A stretch of 29,908 nt of DNA from Flavobacteriales bacterium (GCA_020635825.1 JACJZA010000026.1:1-29908), one strand, 5' to 3'; numbered from the stretch's first letter, positions 9,254-18,357 are shown. Made by a program: numbers and translations. Notes: generated by a model not told the origin, from the sequence alone.

Positions 9254-9871
9254 ATGCAAATTCCTTCAAATGCTTTTAACAATGCTGTAGACCAGCTTTC
9301 TTCTTTACCTGGAATTGGTAAAAAAACAGCGTTACGCTTGGTTTTACACCTTCTTAATCGCCCTTCCAACGATATAAAATTATTTGGAAACTCATTTACA
9401 GAATTAGCAGAACAAATCAACTATTGTCAGAATTGTTTTTACATTTCTGAATCTACTCATTGTTCTATTTGCAACAACCCTTCTCGAACAGAAAACATTG
9501 TTTGTGTGGTAGAAAACGTATTAGATGTAATTGCCATCGAAAATACCAACCAATTTAAAGGAAAATATCATGTTTTAGGTGGTATTATTTCACCAATGGA
9601 AGGCATAGGTCCGAGTGATATTAAAATAAATGAACTCATTGAACGAGTTAAAAGTAATCAAACAGAAGAGTTGATTATGGCTCTAAGCACCACGATGGAA
9701 GGTGATGCAACTAATTTTTACATCTATAAAAAGCTAAAAGATACCGGGGTAAAGATTTCAACTATTGCACGTGGTATAGGTATTGGTGATGAACTTGAAT
9801 ACACCGATGAATTAACCCTTGGTCGCTCTATTATTAATCGTATTCCTTTTGAAAATACTTTGACCTTATAA
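9254..9871 (+). CDS. recR: Recombination protein RecR
   Basis: HhH motif LPGIGKKTALRL, a C4 zinc finger CQNCFYISESTHCSIC, and a Toprim region VCVVENVLDVIAIE. Length is 205 aa. Confidence 0.95.
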   Translation: MQIPSNAFNNAVDQLSSLPGIGKKTALRLVLHLLNRPSNDIKLFGNSFTELAEQINYCQNCFYISESTHCSICNNPSRTENIVCVVENVLDVIAIENTNQFKGKYHVLGGIISPMEGIGPSDIKINELIERVKSNQTEELIMALSTTMEGDATNFYIYKKLKDTGVKISTIARGIGIGDELEYTDELTLGRSIINRIPFENTLTL

Positions 9872-11440
9872 ATGAAGCTATCAATTATCATAGTTAATTA
9901 TAATGTCAGGTATTTTTTGGAGCAATGTCTTCATTCTGTATTTAAAGCCACAAAAAATATTGATGCAGAAGTATTTGTGGTAGATAATGATTCTTATGAT
10001 GACTCTATGGAAATGGTAAAAAATCAGTTTCCTGAAGTTATTAGAATTGAAAACAAAAAAAATGTAGGTTTTTCTAAAGCTAACAATCAAGCAATTAGTG
10101 CTGCCAAAGGTGAATATGTTTTATTACTCAATCCTGATACCGTTGTGGAAGAAGATGCTTTTGAAAAGTGCATTAATTTCATGGATAAAACCCCCAACGC
10201 GGGTGGTTTAGGAGTAAAAATGATAGATGGCAATGGGGTATTTTTGCCTGAATCAAAAAGAGGATTACCCACTCCATCTGTTTCGTTTTACAAAATTTTC
10301 GGACTATCTTCCATTTTTCCAAAATCTAAAAAATTTGCCAAATATCATTTAGGATATTTAAATGATGATGAAATAAATGAAATTGAAATTTTATCAGGAG
10401 CCTATATGTGGATGAGAAAAAGTGTGCTAGATAAAATAGGTTATTTAGACGAAAGTTTTTTCATGTATGGAGAAGATATTGACCTCTCTTACCGAATTAT
10501 AAAAGCAGGTTATAAAAACTACTATTTCCCTGAAACTAAAATTATCCACTACAAAGGAGAAAGTACCAAAAAAGGAAGTATTAATTATGTGTTTGTGTTC
10601 TACAATGCCATGATTATTTTCTCTAAAAAACATTTTGCCAGCAATGCTAAAGCTTTTTCTTTTTTCATCAATATTGCTATCTATTTAAGAGCTCTGTTGG
10701 CAATTATAGTTCGATTTATAAAAACGATACGGCTTCCCTTGTTTGATGTGGCGATAATCTCCTTGGTTTTAATGATTTTAAATGAATTAAAACCATTCTT
10801 TGGCTTTCCCAATCAAATTGCATTTTCGAACAATTATGGACTACTCAATGTGTTAGCAGTTATTGGCTCATTTTTGATTGGAATAGCACTCACAAAAGGA
10901 TATGCTTCAACGGTTAAGTTAAATCAAACCTTTTTAGGTGTAGTAATTGGAGCTGTTATATTATTTTGTACAAACGTTTTTTTTCCACATGGATATTCAT
11001 TTTCTAATAAATTCTTAATTAGCATAATAGCAGGAATTACCTTCTTAATTCCTTTAATAAGATTAGTGCTTAATTATTTTAATCAACTTAAAGTAAGAAA
11101 GAATAACAAAAAAGTATTTGCAATCTCAGGACATGAATCTTTTATTAATGAAGCTGCTTCTAAAATCCAACTTAAAAATCCGAATGCAGAAATACTTAAC
11201 ATTAAACCTGACAATAATTACCAAGCCGGTGATGCAAAAATCTACATTGCAAAAAGTTATCAACTACCCGATATAAATGAAATATATAATGTTAGTGAAG
11301 TAGTTTTTTCTTCAGAAGACAATAGTTATAAGGAAATCATTGATAAAATGGTTAAAACCAAAAATAAATTTATTGACTTTAAAATATTCCATCCAAAGCG
11401 TTTTATCATCGGAAGTCAATCTATTGAAAAAATATCTTAA
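9872..11440 (+). CDS. Family 2 glycosyltransferase with C-terminal multi-helix membrane region and extra C-terminal domain
   Basis: GT2 motifs LSIIIVNYN, VVDNDSYDDS and GEDIDLSYR, followed by several hydrophobic helices at about aa 255-400. The ATG directly abuts the recR stop. Confidence 0.85.
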   Translation: MKLSIIIVNYNVRYFLEQCLHSVFKATKNIDAEVFVVDNDSYDDSMEMVKNQFPEVIRIENKKNVGFSKANNQAISAAKGEYVLLLNPDTVVEEDAFEKCINFMDKTPNAGGLGVKMIDGNGVFLPESKRGLPTPSVSFYKIFGLSSIFPKSKKFAKYHLGYLNDDEINEIEILSGAYMWMRKSVLDKIGYLDESFFMYGEDIDLSYRIIKAGYKNYYFPETKIIHYKGESTKKGSINYVFVFYNAMIIFSKKHFASNAKAFSFFINIAIYLRALLAIIVRFIKTIRLPLFDVAIISLVLMILNELKPFFGFPNQIAFSNNYGLLNVLAVIGSFLIGIALTKGYASTVKLNQTFLGVVIGAVILFCTNVFFPHGYSFSNKFLISIIAGITFLIPLIRLVLNYFNQLKVRKNNKKVFAISGHESFINEAASKIQLKNPNAEILNIKPDNNYQAGDAKIYIAKSYQLPDINEIYNVSEVVFSSEDNSYKEIIDKMVKTKNKFIDFKIFHPKRFIIGSQSIEKIS

Positions 11441-11482
11441 AAATTTATAGACAATCTTTTCGTTTTCAGCTAATTTATCGTT

Positions 11483-11490
11483 TACTTTTG
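11483..11490 (+). promoter_or_regulatory. Candidate -7 box (TACTTTTG) for serC-serA
   Basis: Matches TAnnTTTG, 35 nt upstream of the serC ATG. TTTC/TTTT tracts lie 15-21 nt upstream rather than an exact TTTG. Confidence 0.35.
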
Positions 11491-11525
11491 CCTTGAATTT
11501 TAAACGCCTCAAAATTTAAAAAATC

Positions 11526-12599
11526 ATGTCAAAAGTTCATAATTTTAGTGCTGGTCCTTGTATTCTTCCTCAAGAAGTGTTAAAGCAAGCATCAGAAGCA
11601 GTAATTAATTTCAACAACTTAAATCTTTCATTAATTGAAATCTCTCACAGAAGTAAAGATTTTATTGAAGTGATGGATAAAGCACAAGCTTTAGTAAAGG
11701 AATTATTAGGAGTACCTGAAGGATACTCTGTTCTTTTTCTTCAAGGAGGTGCTAGTTTAGGTTTTTTAAAAGTACCTTACAACTTCATGAAACAAGGAGG
11801 TTCTGCTGCTTATCTTAACACCGGAACTTGGGCAAACAAAGCTCAAAAAGAAGCAACTAGATTAGGAGAAGTTATTGAAGTAGCTAGTTCTAAAGATAAA
11901 AACTACAACTATATTCCTAAAAACTTTCAAATCCCGGGAGGAGCTGACTATTTACATATTACAACTAACAATACCATTTTTGGAACACAATTAAAAAATA
12001 TTCCAATTAGCCGTATTCCTGTTATTGCTGATATGTCTTCAGACATTTTCAGCAAAAAAATCAATGTAAGTCAATTTGATATGATTTATGCAGGAGCTCA
12101 AAAAAATATGGGACCTGCAGGAACTACTCTATACATAGTTAAAGACAGTGCATTAGGTAAAACAGGAAGAGAAATTCCTACGATGCTAGATTTACAAACA
12201 CACATTAAAAAGGAGTCGATGTTTAATACACCTCCGGTATTTGCTGTGTATGTATCGATGCTAACCTTACAATGGTTAAAAGATAATGGCGGAGTTGAAT
12301 GGATTGAAGGTGTTAATCAACAAAAAGCTGATTTATTATACAACGAAATTGACAACAATCCATTATTTGAAGGTACAGCTAACACCGTTGATAGATCTAA
12401 CATGAATGCCACCTTTGTGCTTACCAATGAAGGACTGAAAGATGAATTTGATAAAATGTGGCAAGCAGCCAATATTAGTGGAATTAAGGGACACAGAGAT
12501 GTAGGCGGATATAGAGCATCAATGTATAATGCACTACCATTAGAAAGTGTTCAAGCATTGGTAGATGTAATGAAAGAATTTGGTCAAAAATTTGGATAA
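11526..12599 (+). CDS. serC: Phosphoserine aminotransferase
   Basis: N-terminal NFSAGPCILP and the PLP-lysine region YAGAQKNMGPAG. Length is 357 aa. Confidence 0.95.
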   Translation: MSKVHNFSAGPCILPQEVLKQASEAVINFNNLNLSLIEISHRSKDFIEVMDKAQALVKELLGVPEGYSVLFLQGGASLGFLKVPYNFMKQGGSAAYLNTGTWANKAQKEATRLGEVIEVASSKDKNYNYIPKNFQIPGGADYLHITTNNTIFGTQLKNIPISRIPVIADMSSDIFSKKINVSQFDMIYAGAQKNMGPAGTTLYIVKDSALGKTGREIPTMLDLQTHIKKESMFNTPPVFAVYVSMLTLQWLKDNGGVEWIEGVNQQKADLLYNEIDNNPLFEGTANTVDRSNMNATFVLTNEGLKDEFDKMWQAANISGIKGHRDVGGYRASMYNALPLESVQALVDVMKEFGQKFG

Positions 12600-12615
12600 A
12601 ACTCAATATTAAAAA

Positions 12616-13569
12616 ATGAAAATTTTAGCAAACGATGGCATTTCTGCCATGGGTAAAAAACAATTAGAAGAAAACGGATTTACAGTTGTTACGGAAACTG
12701 TTCCTCAAGAAAATTTAATCAACGAAATTAATAAAGAAGGATACGTTGCTTTATTAGTGAGAAGTGCAACTAAAGTTCGTACTGACATTATTGATGCCTG
12801 CCCAAGCTTGAAATTAATCGGACGTGGTGGTGTTGGAATGGATAATATTGATGTCGAACATGCACGTGAAAAAGGATTACATGTTATTAATACACCTGCT
12901 TCTTCATCACAATCTGTAGCAGAACAAGTAATGGCTCATCTTTTTAGCTGTGCTCGTTTTTTATATGATTCTAATCGTCACATGCCAATTGATGGTGTTT
13001 CTAATTTTAACGGATTAAAAAAGAAATATGGTAAAGGAATAGAATTACGTGGAAAAACTATTGGAATTATAGGTTTTGGAAGAATTGGACAAGCGACAGC
13101 TAAATACGCGCTAGGTTGTGGAATGAACATCATAGCATTTGACCCATATATGGAAAAAGCGACCATCAAAGTTGAAGTAGCTAACCAAACAGTAAATGTA
13201 GATATTAAGACATCTTCTATGGAAGAGTTGTTGGGCAATTCGGATTTCATTACCATGCATATTCCAGCACAAGCTGATGGAAAGCCTGTTATTGGTAATA
13301 ATGAATTTTCAAAAATGAAAGATGGAGCAATAGTTGTAAATGCAGCTCGTGGTGGTGTAATTGATGAAGATGCATTGATTGAAAATTTAAATTCTGGAAA
13401 AGTTGCACATGCAGCTCTTGATGTATTTGTTAACGAACCTACCCCTCGTGAAGATTTGTTAAAGCACCCAAAAATTTCTTTAACACCTCATACCGGTGCT
13501 GCCACTTTAGAAGCTCAGGATAGAATTGGAGAAGAATTAGCTAGTCAAATTAAAGAATTACTTGGATAA
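12616..13569 (+). CDS. serA: D-3-phosphoglycerate dehydrogenase (short form, no ACT domain)
   Basis: Rossmann motif GIIGFGRIGQATA and catalytic region NAARGGVIDE...LTPHTGA. It is adjacent to serC. Confidence 0.85.
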   Translation: MKILANDGISAMGKKQLEENGFTVVTETVPQENLINEINKEGYVALLVRSATKVRTDIIDACPSLKLIGRGGVGMDNIDVEHAREKGLHVINTPASSSQSVAEQVMAHLFSCARFLYDSNRHMPIDGVSNFNGLKKKYGKGIELRGKTIGIIGFGRIGQATAKYALGCGMNIIAFDPYMEKATIKVEVANQTVNVDIKTSSMEELLGNSDFITMHIPAQADGKPVIGNNEFSKMKDGAIVVNAARGGVIDEDALIENLNSGKVAHAALDVFVNEPTPREDLLKHPKISLTPHTGAATLEAQDRIGEELASQIKELLG

Positions 13570-13573
13570 CTTA

Positions 13574-13585
13574 TAAACCACATAG
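13574..13585 (+). repeat. Left arm of 12-bp perfect inverted repeat bracketing the GxxExxY gene
   Basis: taaaccacatag here is the exact reverse complement of ctatgtggttta at 14029-14040. Confidence 0.8.
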
Positions 13586-13597
13586 ACATTATAGCAG

Positions 13598-14011
13598 TTG
13601 ACTTTAACTCAAAAATATCTTGACGAATTAACTTATGAAGTTGTTGGAGCAGCTATTGAAGTTCATAAAGTTATGGGAAAGGGATTATTAGAAAGTGTTT
13701 ATCATGAATGTTTAAAAGAAGAGTTGAACCATAGAAAAATAAATTTTTTATCAGAGTTCAACATTCCTGTTACATACCGAAATAAAGAATTAGAAATTGC
13801 TTTTAGATGTGATTTGTATATTGAAAATTGTTTAGTTGTTGAATTAAAAGCTGTTCAAGACTATGCCCCTATCTTTGAAGCGCAGCTTCTTAACTATATG
13901 AAACTTTTAAAAGCTCCAAAGGGAATTTTAATCAATTTTAATTGTAATAACATTTTTCATGAAGGTCAAAAAACATTTGTTAATGAATATTTTAGCCAAC
14001 TTCCTAAATAA
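13598..14011 (+). CDS. GxxExxY family protein (PD-(D/E)XK nuclease-like small protein)
   Basis: TTG start. The name-giving motif is present in VGAAIEVHKVMGKGLLESVYHECL, and the nuclease-like core is CDLYIENCLVVELKAV. Confidence 0.85.
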   Translation: MTLTQKYLDELTYEVVGAAIEVHKVMGKGLLESVYHECLKEELNHRKINFLSEFNIPVTYRNKELEIAFRCDLYIENCLVVELKAVQDYAPIFEAQLLNYMKLLKAPKGILINFNCNNIFHEGQKTFVNEYFSQLPK

Positions 14012-14028
14012 TAAAATTATTTATGTTA

Positions 14029-14040
14029 CTATGTGGTTTA
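14029..14040 (-). repeat. Right arm of the 12-bp inverted repeat bracketing the GxxExxY gene
   Basis: ctatgtggttta is the reverse complement of 13574-13585. A further acat match follows inward after a 2-nt gap. Confidence 0.8.
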
Positions 14041-14059
14041 ACCATAAACAAAATATAAG

Positions 14060-15304
14060 ATGGCTAAAATAGTCCCTTTTAAAGCCATAAGACCAACCAG
14101 AGATAAAGCCTATTTAGTTTCTTCCATGCCAGCTTATATTTATCCTAAGCACTTACTAGAAGCTAAATTAGAAAGCAATCCTTATACATTTTTGCATGTA
14201 ATAAACCCAGAGTTTAGAGCCGACAACAAAACACAACCTAATACTGTTGAACGTTTTCAAAATGTCAGAGAAAAGTTTGATGAGTTTAATAATGAAGGTA
14301 TCTTTATTCAAGACAGTAAAGAAAGCTTCTACATTTATCGTCAAATAACAAAAACCAATACTTACGTTGGTTTAATTTCTGGTATTTCGGTTGATGATTA
14401 CCTTAATGGAAACATAAAAATACATGAGCACACTTTAACTCAACGTGAAGAAACGTTTAAACTATATCTAGATGTTTGCCAGTTCAACGCTGAGCCTGTC
14501 TTATTGACATATGAAGACAATCCAACTGTTGATACTATCATTAATAAATACATCAATACTCGTTCTGAATATGAGTTTTGTACTACTCACCATATCAAAC
14601 AAGACCTTTGGTTAGTGAATGATGAAAATGATATTTCTACTTTGGTAGAAGCTTTTAAGAATATCAAAAGCATTTATATTGCAGATGGACATCATCGTTC
14701 GGCTTCATCAGTATTGTATGCTCAAAGTAAAAGAGAGGAGAATCCTAATTACGACAAGGAATCAAAATTCAATTATTTCCTTTCATACTTAATTCCAGAA
14801 AGTAAATTGAATATAATAGAGTATAACAGAACGGTTAGTAGTTTGAACGAACATACTCCTGAAAGTTTTATAGAAGAGGTTAGTAAATCATTTGAGATAG
14901 ATGAAAAAATGACCACCTACTCTCCTATTAAAAAACATAACTTTTCAATGTATTTAGCAGGTAAATGGTATTCTTTAACTGCCAAAAAAGGGACTTACAA
15001 CGAAGATGATATTGTTGGAAATTTAGATGCAAGAATATTGACAGAAAATATTCTAAAACCAATTTTAGGCATTAAAGACCTGAAAACCGACAATAGAATT
15101 GAATTTATGGAAGGTACTCGAGGTGCTGAAGGACTTCAAATGAAAGTAGATAATGAGGAAGCTATTGTTGCTTTTGGTCTTTATCCGGTTTCTATAGAGC
15201 AATTAAAAGCAGTGGCGGATGCCAATAACATTATGCCCCCTAAAAGCACCTGGATAGAACCTAAAATGAGAAGTGGATTAACCATTTATAGTTTAGAGGA
15301 TTAA
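14060..15304 (+). CDS. DUF1015 domain-containing protein
   Basis: The N-terminus MAKIVPFKAIRP and internal IADGHHR match my memory of DUF1015. The 414-aa length is typical. Confidence 0.8.
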   Translation: MAKIVPFKAIRPTRDKAYLVSSMPAYIYPKHLLEAKLESNPYTFLHVINPEFRADNKTQPNTVERFQNVREKFDEFNNEGIFIQDSKESFYIYRQITKTNTYVGLISGISVDDYLNGNIKIHEHTLTQREETFKLYLDVCQFNAEPVLLTYEDNPTVDTIINKYINTRSEYEFCTTHHIKQDLWLVNDENDISTLVEAFKNIKSIYIADGHHRSASSVLYAQSKREENPNYDKESKFNYFLSYLIPESKLNIIEYNRTVSSLNEHTPESFIEEVSKSFEIDEKMTTYSPIKKHNFSMYLAGKWYSLTAKKGTYNEDDIVGNLDARILTENILKPILGIKDLKTDNRIEFMEGTRGAEGLQMKVDNEEAIVAFGLYPVSIEQLKAVADANNIMPPKSTWIEPKMRSGLTIYSLED

Positions 15305-15317
15305 AATCACCTAAATT

Positions 15318-15384
15318 TGTCATGCTGAGCCTGTCGAAGTATAGACAAATTTTCTATTTATTCTTCGATAAACTCAGAATGACA
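15318..15384. repeat. Palindromic REP-like intergenic element (tgtcat-ctgag family), copy 1
   Basis: The sequence is tgtcatgctgagcctgtcgaag ... cttcgataaactcagaatgaca. The ends are 11/12 complementary and the inner tcgaag/cttcga also pair. It shares both termini with the element at 25078-25214. Confidence 0.75.
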
Positions 15385-15398
15385 TAGAAAATAACAAA

Positions 15399-16067
15399 AT
15401 GAGTATCAAAGAAAATCTTCAACAAATAAAATCTATCATTCCTGAACACGTTACCTTAGTTGCTGTTTCTAAAACAAAACCCAACGAAGCTATTTTAGAG
15501 GCTTACCAAGCCGGACAACGAGTTTTTGGTGAAAATAAAGTTCAAGAGCTTACCGAAAAATACGAAAGCCTACCTAAAGATATTGAATGGCACATGATTG
15601 GTCATTTACAAAGCAACAAAGTAAAATACATTGCCCCTTTTGTGCATTTAATCCATGGAATTGACAGCCTAAAACTATTAAAAGAAGTCCACAAAAGAGC
15701 TGAACAAAACAATCGAATAATTAACTGTTTATTGCAAATGCACATTGCTGAAGAAGATAGCAAATTTGGCTTTGATGAAAATGAAATAAAAGAATTACTC
15801 GAAAGCGAAGATTTTAAAAATTTACAAAATGTAAAAATAGTTGGGTTGATGGGAATGGCGACCTATACTGATGATGAAAACCAAATTAGTAAAGAATTTA
15901 AGTCTCTTAAAAACTTATTCGACCAACTTAAAACTTTAAATACTTTCAACTTTCAACTTTCAACTCTAAGCATGGGCATGAGTGGAGATTACAAACTAGC
16001 TATTAAAGAAGGAAGTAATATGGTTCGTGTGGGCAGTGCTATTTTTGGAGAAAGAAATTACCTTTAA
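15399..16067 (+). CDS. yggS: YggS-family pyridoxal-phosphate homeostasis protein
   Basis: Carries the PLP-lysine motif VAVSKTKP, the IGHLQSNK motif and SMGMSGDY. Length is 222 aa. Confidence 0.92.
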   Translation: MSIKENLQQIKSIIPEHVTLVAVSKTKPNEAILEAYQAGQRVFGENKVQELTEKYESLPKDIEWHMIGHLQSNKVKYIAPFVHLIHGIDSLKLLKEVHKRAEQNNRIINCLLQMHIAEEDSKFGFDENEIKELLESEDFKNLQNVKIVGLMGMATYTDDENQISKEFKSLKNLFDQLKTLNTFNFQLSTLSMGMSGDYKLAIKEGSNMVRVGSAIFGERNYL

Positions 16068-16068
16068 G

Positions 16069-17808
16069 CTATTGCTTCACAATTTTCTGAATTTTCACAA
16101 AGTATTCCGTTCTAACTTCAATAAAATAAACTCCTTTTGGCACATCTAATTTTAGTTCACAAAGAGATGAGTTAAAATAACTTTTTGATTGAATAACATT
16201 TCCTTTAACATCTAATAATTTCAATTCAACCGTTTCATAATTTTTTTCTAATTCTATTTTTACATTATCTAAAAAAGGATTTGGATAAACTTTAGTGTTC
16301 AAAACTTGATTAATACCATCCTTCACACCAACTGATTCATCTGTACTTAAACACAATACTAGAGGTTGCCAGACTAATTCAGAAGGAAAATGAATATCAA
16401 TATCGTTACTTGGATTTAAATCAACAGTATCTGCTATGGCTCCAACTAAATATAAGTTACCATTTACACCAGCACTAAAAGAAAAAAAGGATTCACGATT
16501 ATTATTGGGTTCAAACCAACCTCCTACCCATAGAAAATTTCCATTAGAATCTAATTGTTGTATAAACGAATCGTAAGAATTTGGGCCAGAAGTTAAGTTA
16601 ACAACACCTGGTCCTGGGTCAAAATCAACTGTTTCTCTAAATTCTCCAACCACTATTGTATTACCATTTTCATCAAAAATTACTAAATCAGGATCTTGAG
16701 GAAAATTGGAGCTGTCTTTATAAGTTGCATGCCATTTATAAACTCCAGCACTATCATATTTAACGACAAAACCATCTCTATTCACTGATGTTGTATTGAT
16801 ATAAACCGGCGGATTATTTAACCCAATATTCGTTGACTCATAAAACTCACCAACAATTGAAATGTTGTTCATTTCATCAATTGCCATATCATTAAAATCA
16901 ACTATATTGAAACTTACCATAGAACCAGCCCAAATTAATTCTCCGTTTGGTGTATATTTTTGAATACATAAATTTCTCATTTCGGGATCAGGTGTTATAA
17001 GATTATAAACTCCTGCACTTGGATCTACATCAACTGTATCCCTAAAATATCCCGAAACATACATGTTATCATCCGAATCTACTTTAACCGCTCTAAATAA
17101 GTTAGCAGCACCCTCTTTTCCTTGTTTATGATGCCATAGATAATTACCATCAGAATCATATTTTGCTACATAGGTATCTTGAATACCTAAACAATTAATC
17201 ATAACTGAAGACGCTCCGGGATCAACATCCATATTACCTTTAAAACCTCCTACTATATAAAAATCCCCACTACTATTAACAGCAATATCATCTGCTCCTA
17301 AAAAAGATACAACATCACTTTCAAATACTTTACCCCATAAATAAGCACCATTCGAATCTAATTTTACAACAAATACATTGTTTTCTTCTATCGATATAAC
17401 ATCATCTGTGCCTATTCCCGGGTTTAAATCTATGTTATAATCATAGGCACCTAAAATGTAAACGTTATTATCAACAGATACTTCAATAGTTATACTTTGA
17501 CAAAAACCTGAGTTATTAACAGTTTCAAAATCCTCTCCCCAAATAAAATCTCCCTCAGAAGTATATTTTGCTATAAATATAGCTCCATCTATATTAGTAA
17601 AATTTGCAATTCCCGGACCCGGGTCTAAATCTATGGTTCCTAAATAATCACCAATCACATAAAAGTTCCCTGATTTGTCTGTTGCAATATCTACAATATA
17701 ACCACCATTATTATCAACATCTAATGATTTAGCCCAGCTATAATTAGGCAATTGAGCATGTATGTTTAAGCTCAAACATAAAACAAAGAAAAATAAAAAG
17801 TATCTCAT
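16069..17808 (-). CDS. Secreted beta-propeller repeat (SBBP-like) protein with T9SS type A C-terminal sorting domain
   Basis: Signal peptide, then about 6 or more repeats ending in D(L/V)(D/N)PG-type motifs (TIDLDPGPG, NIDLNPGIG, NMDVDPGAS, TVDVDPSAG, TVDFDPGPG, TVDLNPSND). The C-terminus KVYPNPFLDNVKIEL...GVYFIEV is typical of T9SS cargo. Confidence 0.85.
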   Translation of the reverse strand: MRYFLFFFVLCLSLNIHAQLPNYSWAKSLDVDNNGGYIVDIATDKSGNFYVIGDYLGTIDLDPGPGIANFTNIDGAIFIAKYTSEGDFIWGEDFETVNNSGFCQSITIEVSVDNNVYILGAYDYNIDLNPGIGTDDVISIEENNVFVVKLDSNGAYLWGKVFESDVVSFLGADDIAVNSSGDFYIVGGFKGNMDVDPGASSVMINCLGIQDTYVAKYDSDGNYLWHHKQGKEGAANLFRAVKVDSDDNMYVSGYFRDTVDVDPSAGVYNLITPDPEMRNLCIQKYTPNGELIWAGSMVSFNIVDFNDMAIDEMNNISIVGEFYESTNIGLNNPPVYINTTSVNRDGFVVKYDSAGVYKWHATYKDSSNFPQDPDLVIFDENGNTIVVGEFRETVDFDPGPGVVNLTSGPNSYDSFIQQLDSNGNFLWVGGWFEPNNNRESFFSFSAGVNGNLYLVGAIADTVDLNPSNDIDIHFPSELVWQPLVLCLSTDESVGVKDGINQVLNTKVYPNPFLDNVKIELEKNYETVELKLLDVKGNVIQSKSYFNSSLCELKLDVPKGVYFIEVRTEYFVKIQKIVKQ

Positions 17809-17841
17809 CTTATTTTATTAACTAATAGTGCAATCTCTTAC

Positions 17842-17872
17842 CAAAGATAGTTATTAGTTAATCATTAACAAA
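17842..17872 (-). promoter_or_regulatory. Bacteroidota sigma-A promoter (-33 TTTG / -7 TATCTTTG) of the T9SS cargo gene
   Basis: The minus strand reads TTTG-19 nt-TATCTTTG, with 33 nt to the ATG at 17808. Both boxes and the spacing fit the published consensus TTTG/TAnnTTTG. Confidence 0.6.
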
Positions 17873-17875
17873 GTA

Positions 17876-17906
17876 TTGACTTTATCCTTTAAAAACGCTA
17901 ACTTCG
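17876..17906 (+). repeat. Left arm of 31-bp imperfect inverted repeat
   Basis: ttgactttatc-ctttaaaaa-cgctaacttcg. 27/31 positions are identical, ungapped, to the reverse complement of 18137-18167. Confidence 0.85.
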
Positions 17907-18136
17907 TTTGACACTTTATGTAAGTGCAATTAAAAAAGCACCAACACAGACGTTATGAGTAATTACTAGGCTACAAGAGGCAATCAAGCTATATTTTTGA
18001 GTGATGGTAGGTTATTTTAAGCAAGTGCGTTTTAGGATAAATAAAGTGGATAAACTCCTCTTTATTAAGTCTGGCGGTAATACCGTAGAGAAGTTTCACT
18101 TATCAGACGAGTAGTATCGTCTCACAGACTTACAGT

Positions 18137-18167
18137 CGAAGTTAGCGATTTTTAATGACAAAGTCAA
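18137..18167 (-). repeat. Right arm of 31-bp imperfect inverted repeat
   Basis: The plus strand reads cgaagttagcg-atttttaat-gacaaagtcaa. The match comprises an 11/11 block, a 6/9 spacer and a 10/11 block. The arms enclose 230 bp. Confidence 0.85.
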
Positions 18168-18357
18168 GTATTTAGCTAACTTAAAAAAGACTAAAACACT
18201 TTTAACTTGGTTAAAATAGACTACTTATTTTTTTTTCATCACTCACTCATTTTTAACGCTACATACACAGGGTTTATATTTCATAAAAAATGATAAAAAT
18301 ATAGGTTTGATGACCTTGTTGTTTTTTGCTGTAGTCTAGCAACTAGTAGAGCTTTAC

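Noticed and set aside
16065-16071. Convergent yggS and T9SS cargo genes separated by a single nucleotide with no terminator hairpin.
   Set aside because: This is just compact convergent gene ends. I see no structure or repeat there, so there is nothing to follow up from sequence alone.
17908-17936. Sigma-70-like TTGACA (17908-17913) followed 17 nt later by TAAAAA.
   Set aside because: The -10 match is poor, and the housekeeping sigma factor of Bacteroidota is known to use the TTTG/TAnnTTTG architecture rather than TTGACA/TATAAT.
18004-18114. 36-codon ORF (MVGYFKQVRFRINKVDKLLFIKSGGNTVEKFHLSDE) inside the inverted-repeat-bounded segment.
   Set aside because: It has no hydrophobic or cysteine pattern and no recognisable motif, and its length is expected by chance in AT-rich DNA. 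I kept it only as a note in case ribosome profiling says otherwise.
18200-18236. AU-only 7-bp hairpin (ttttaac-ttg-gttaaaa), with a T9 run about 10 nt further on, considered as an intrinsic terminator.
   Set aside because: The stem has a single G:C pair and a 3-nt loop. The T-run on the plus strand is not adjacent to it, so it is not convincing on either strand.
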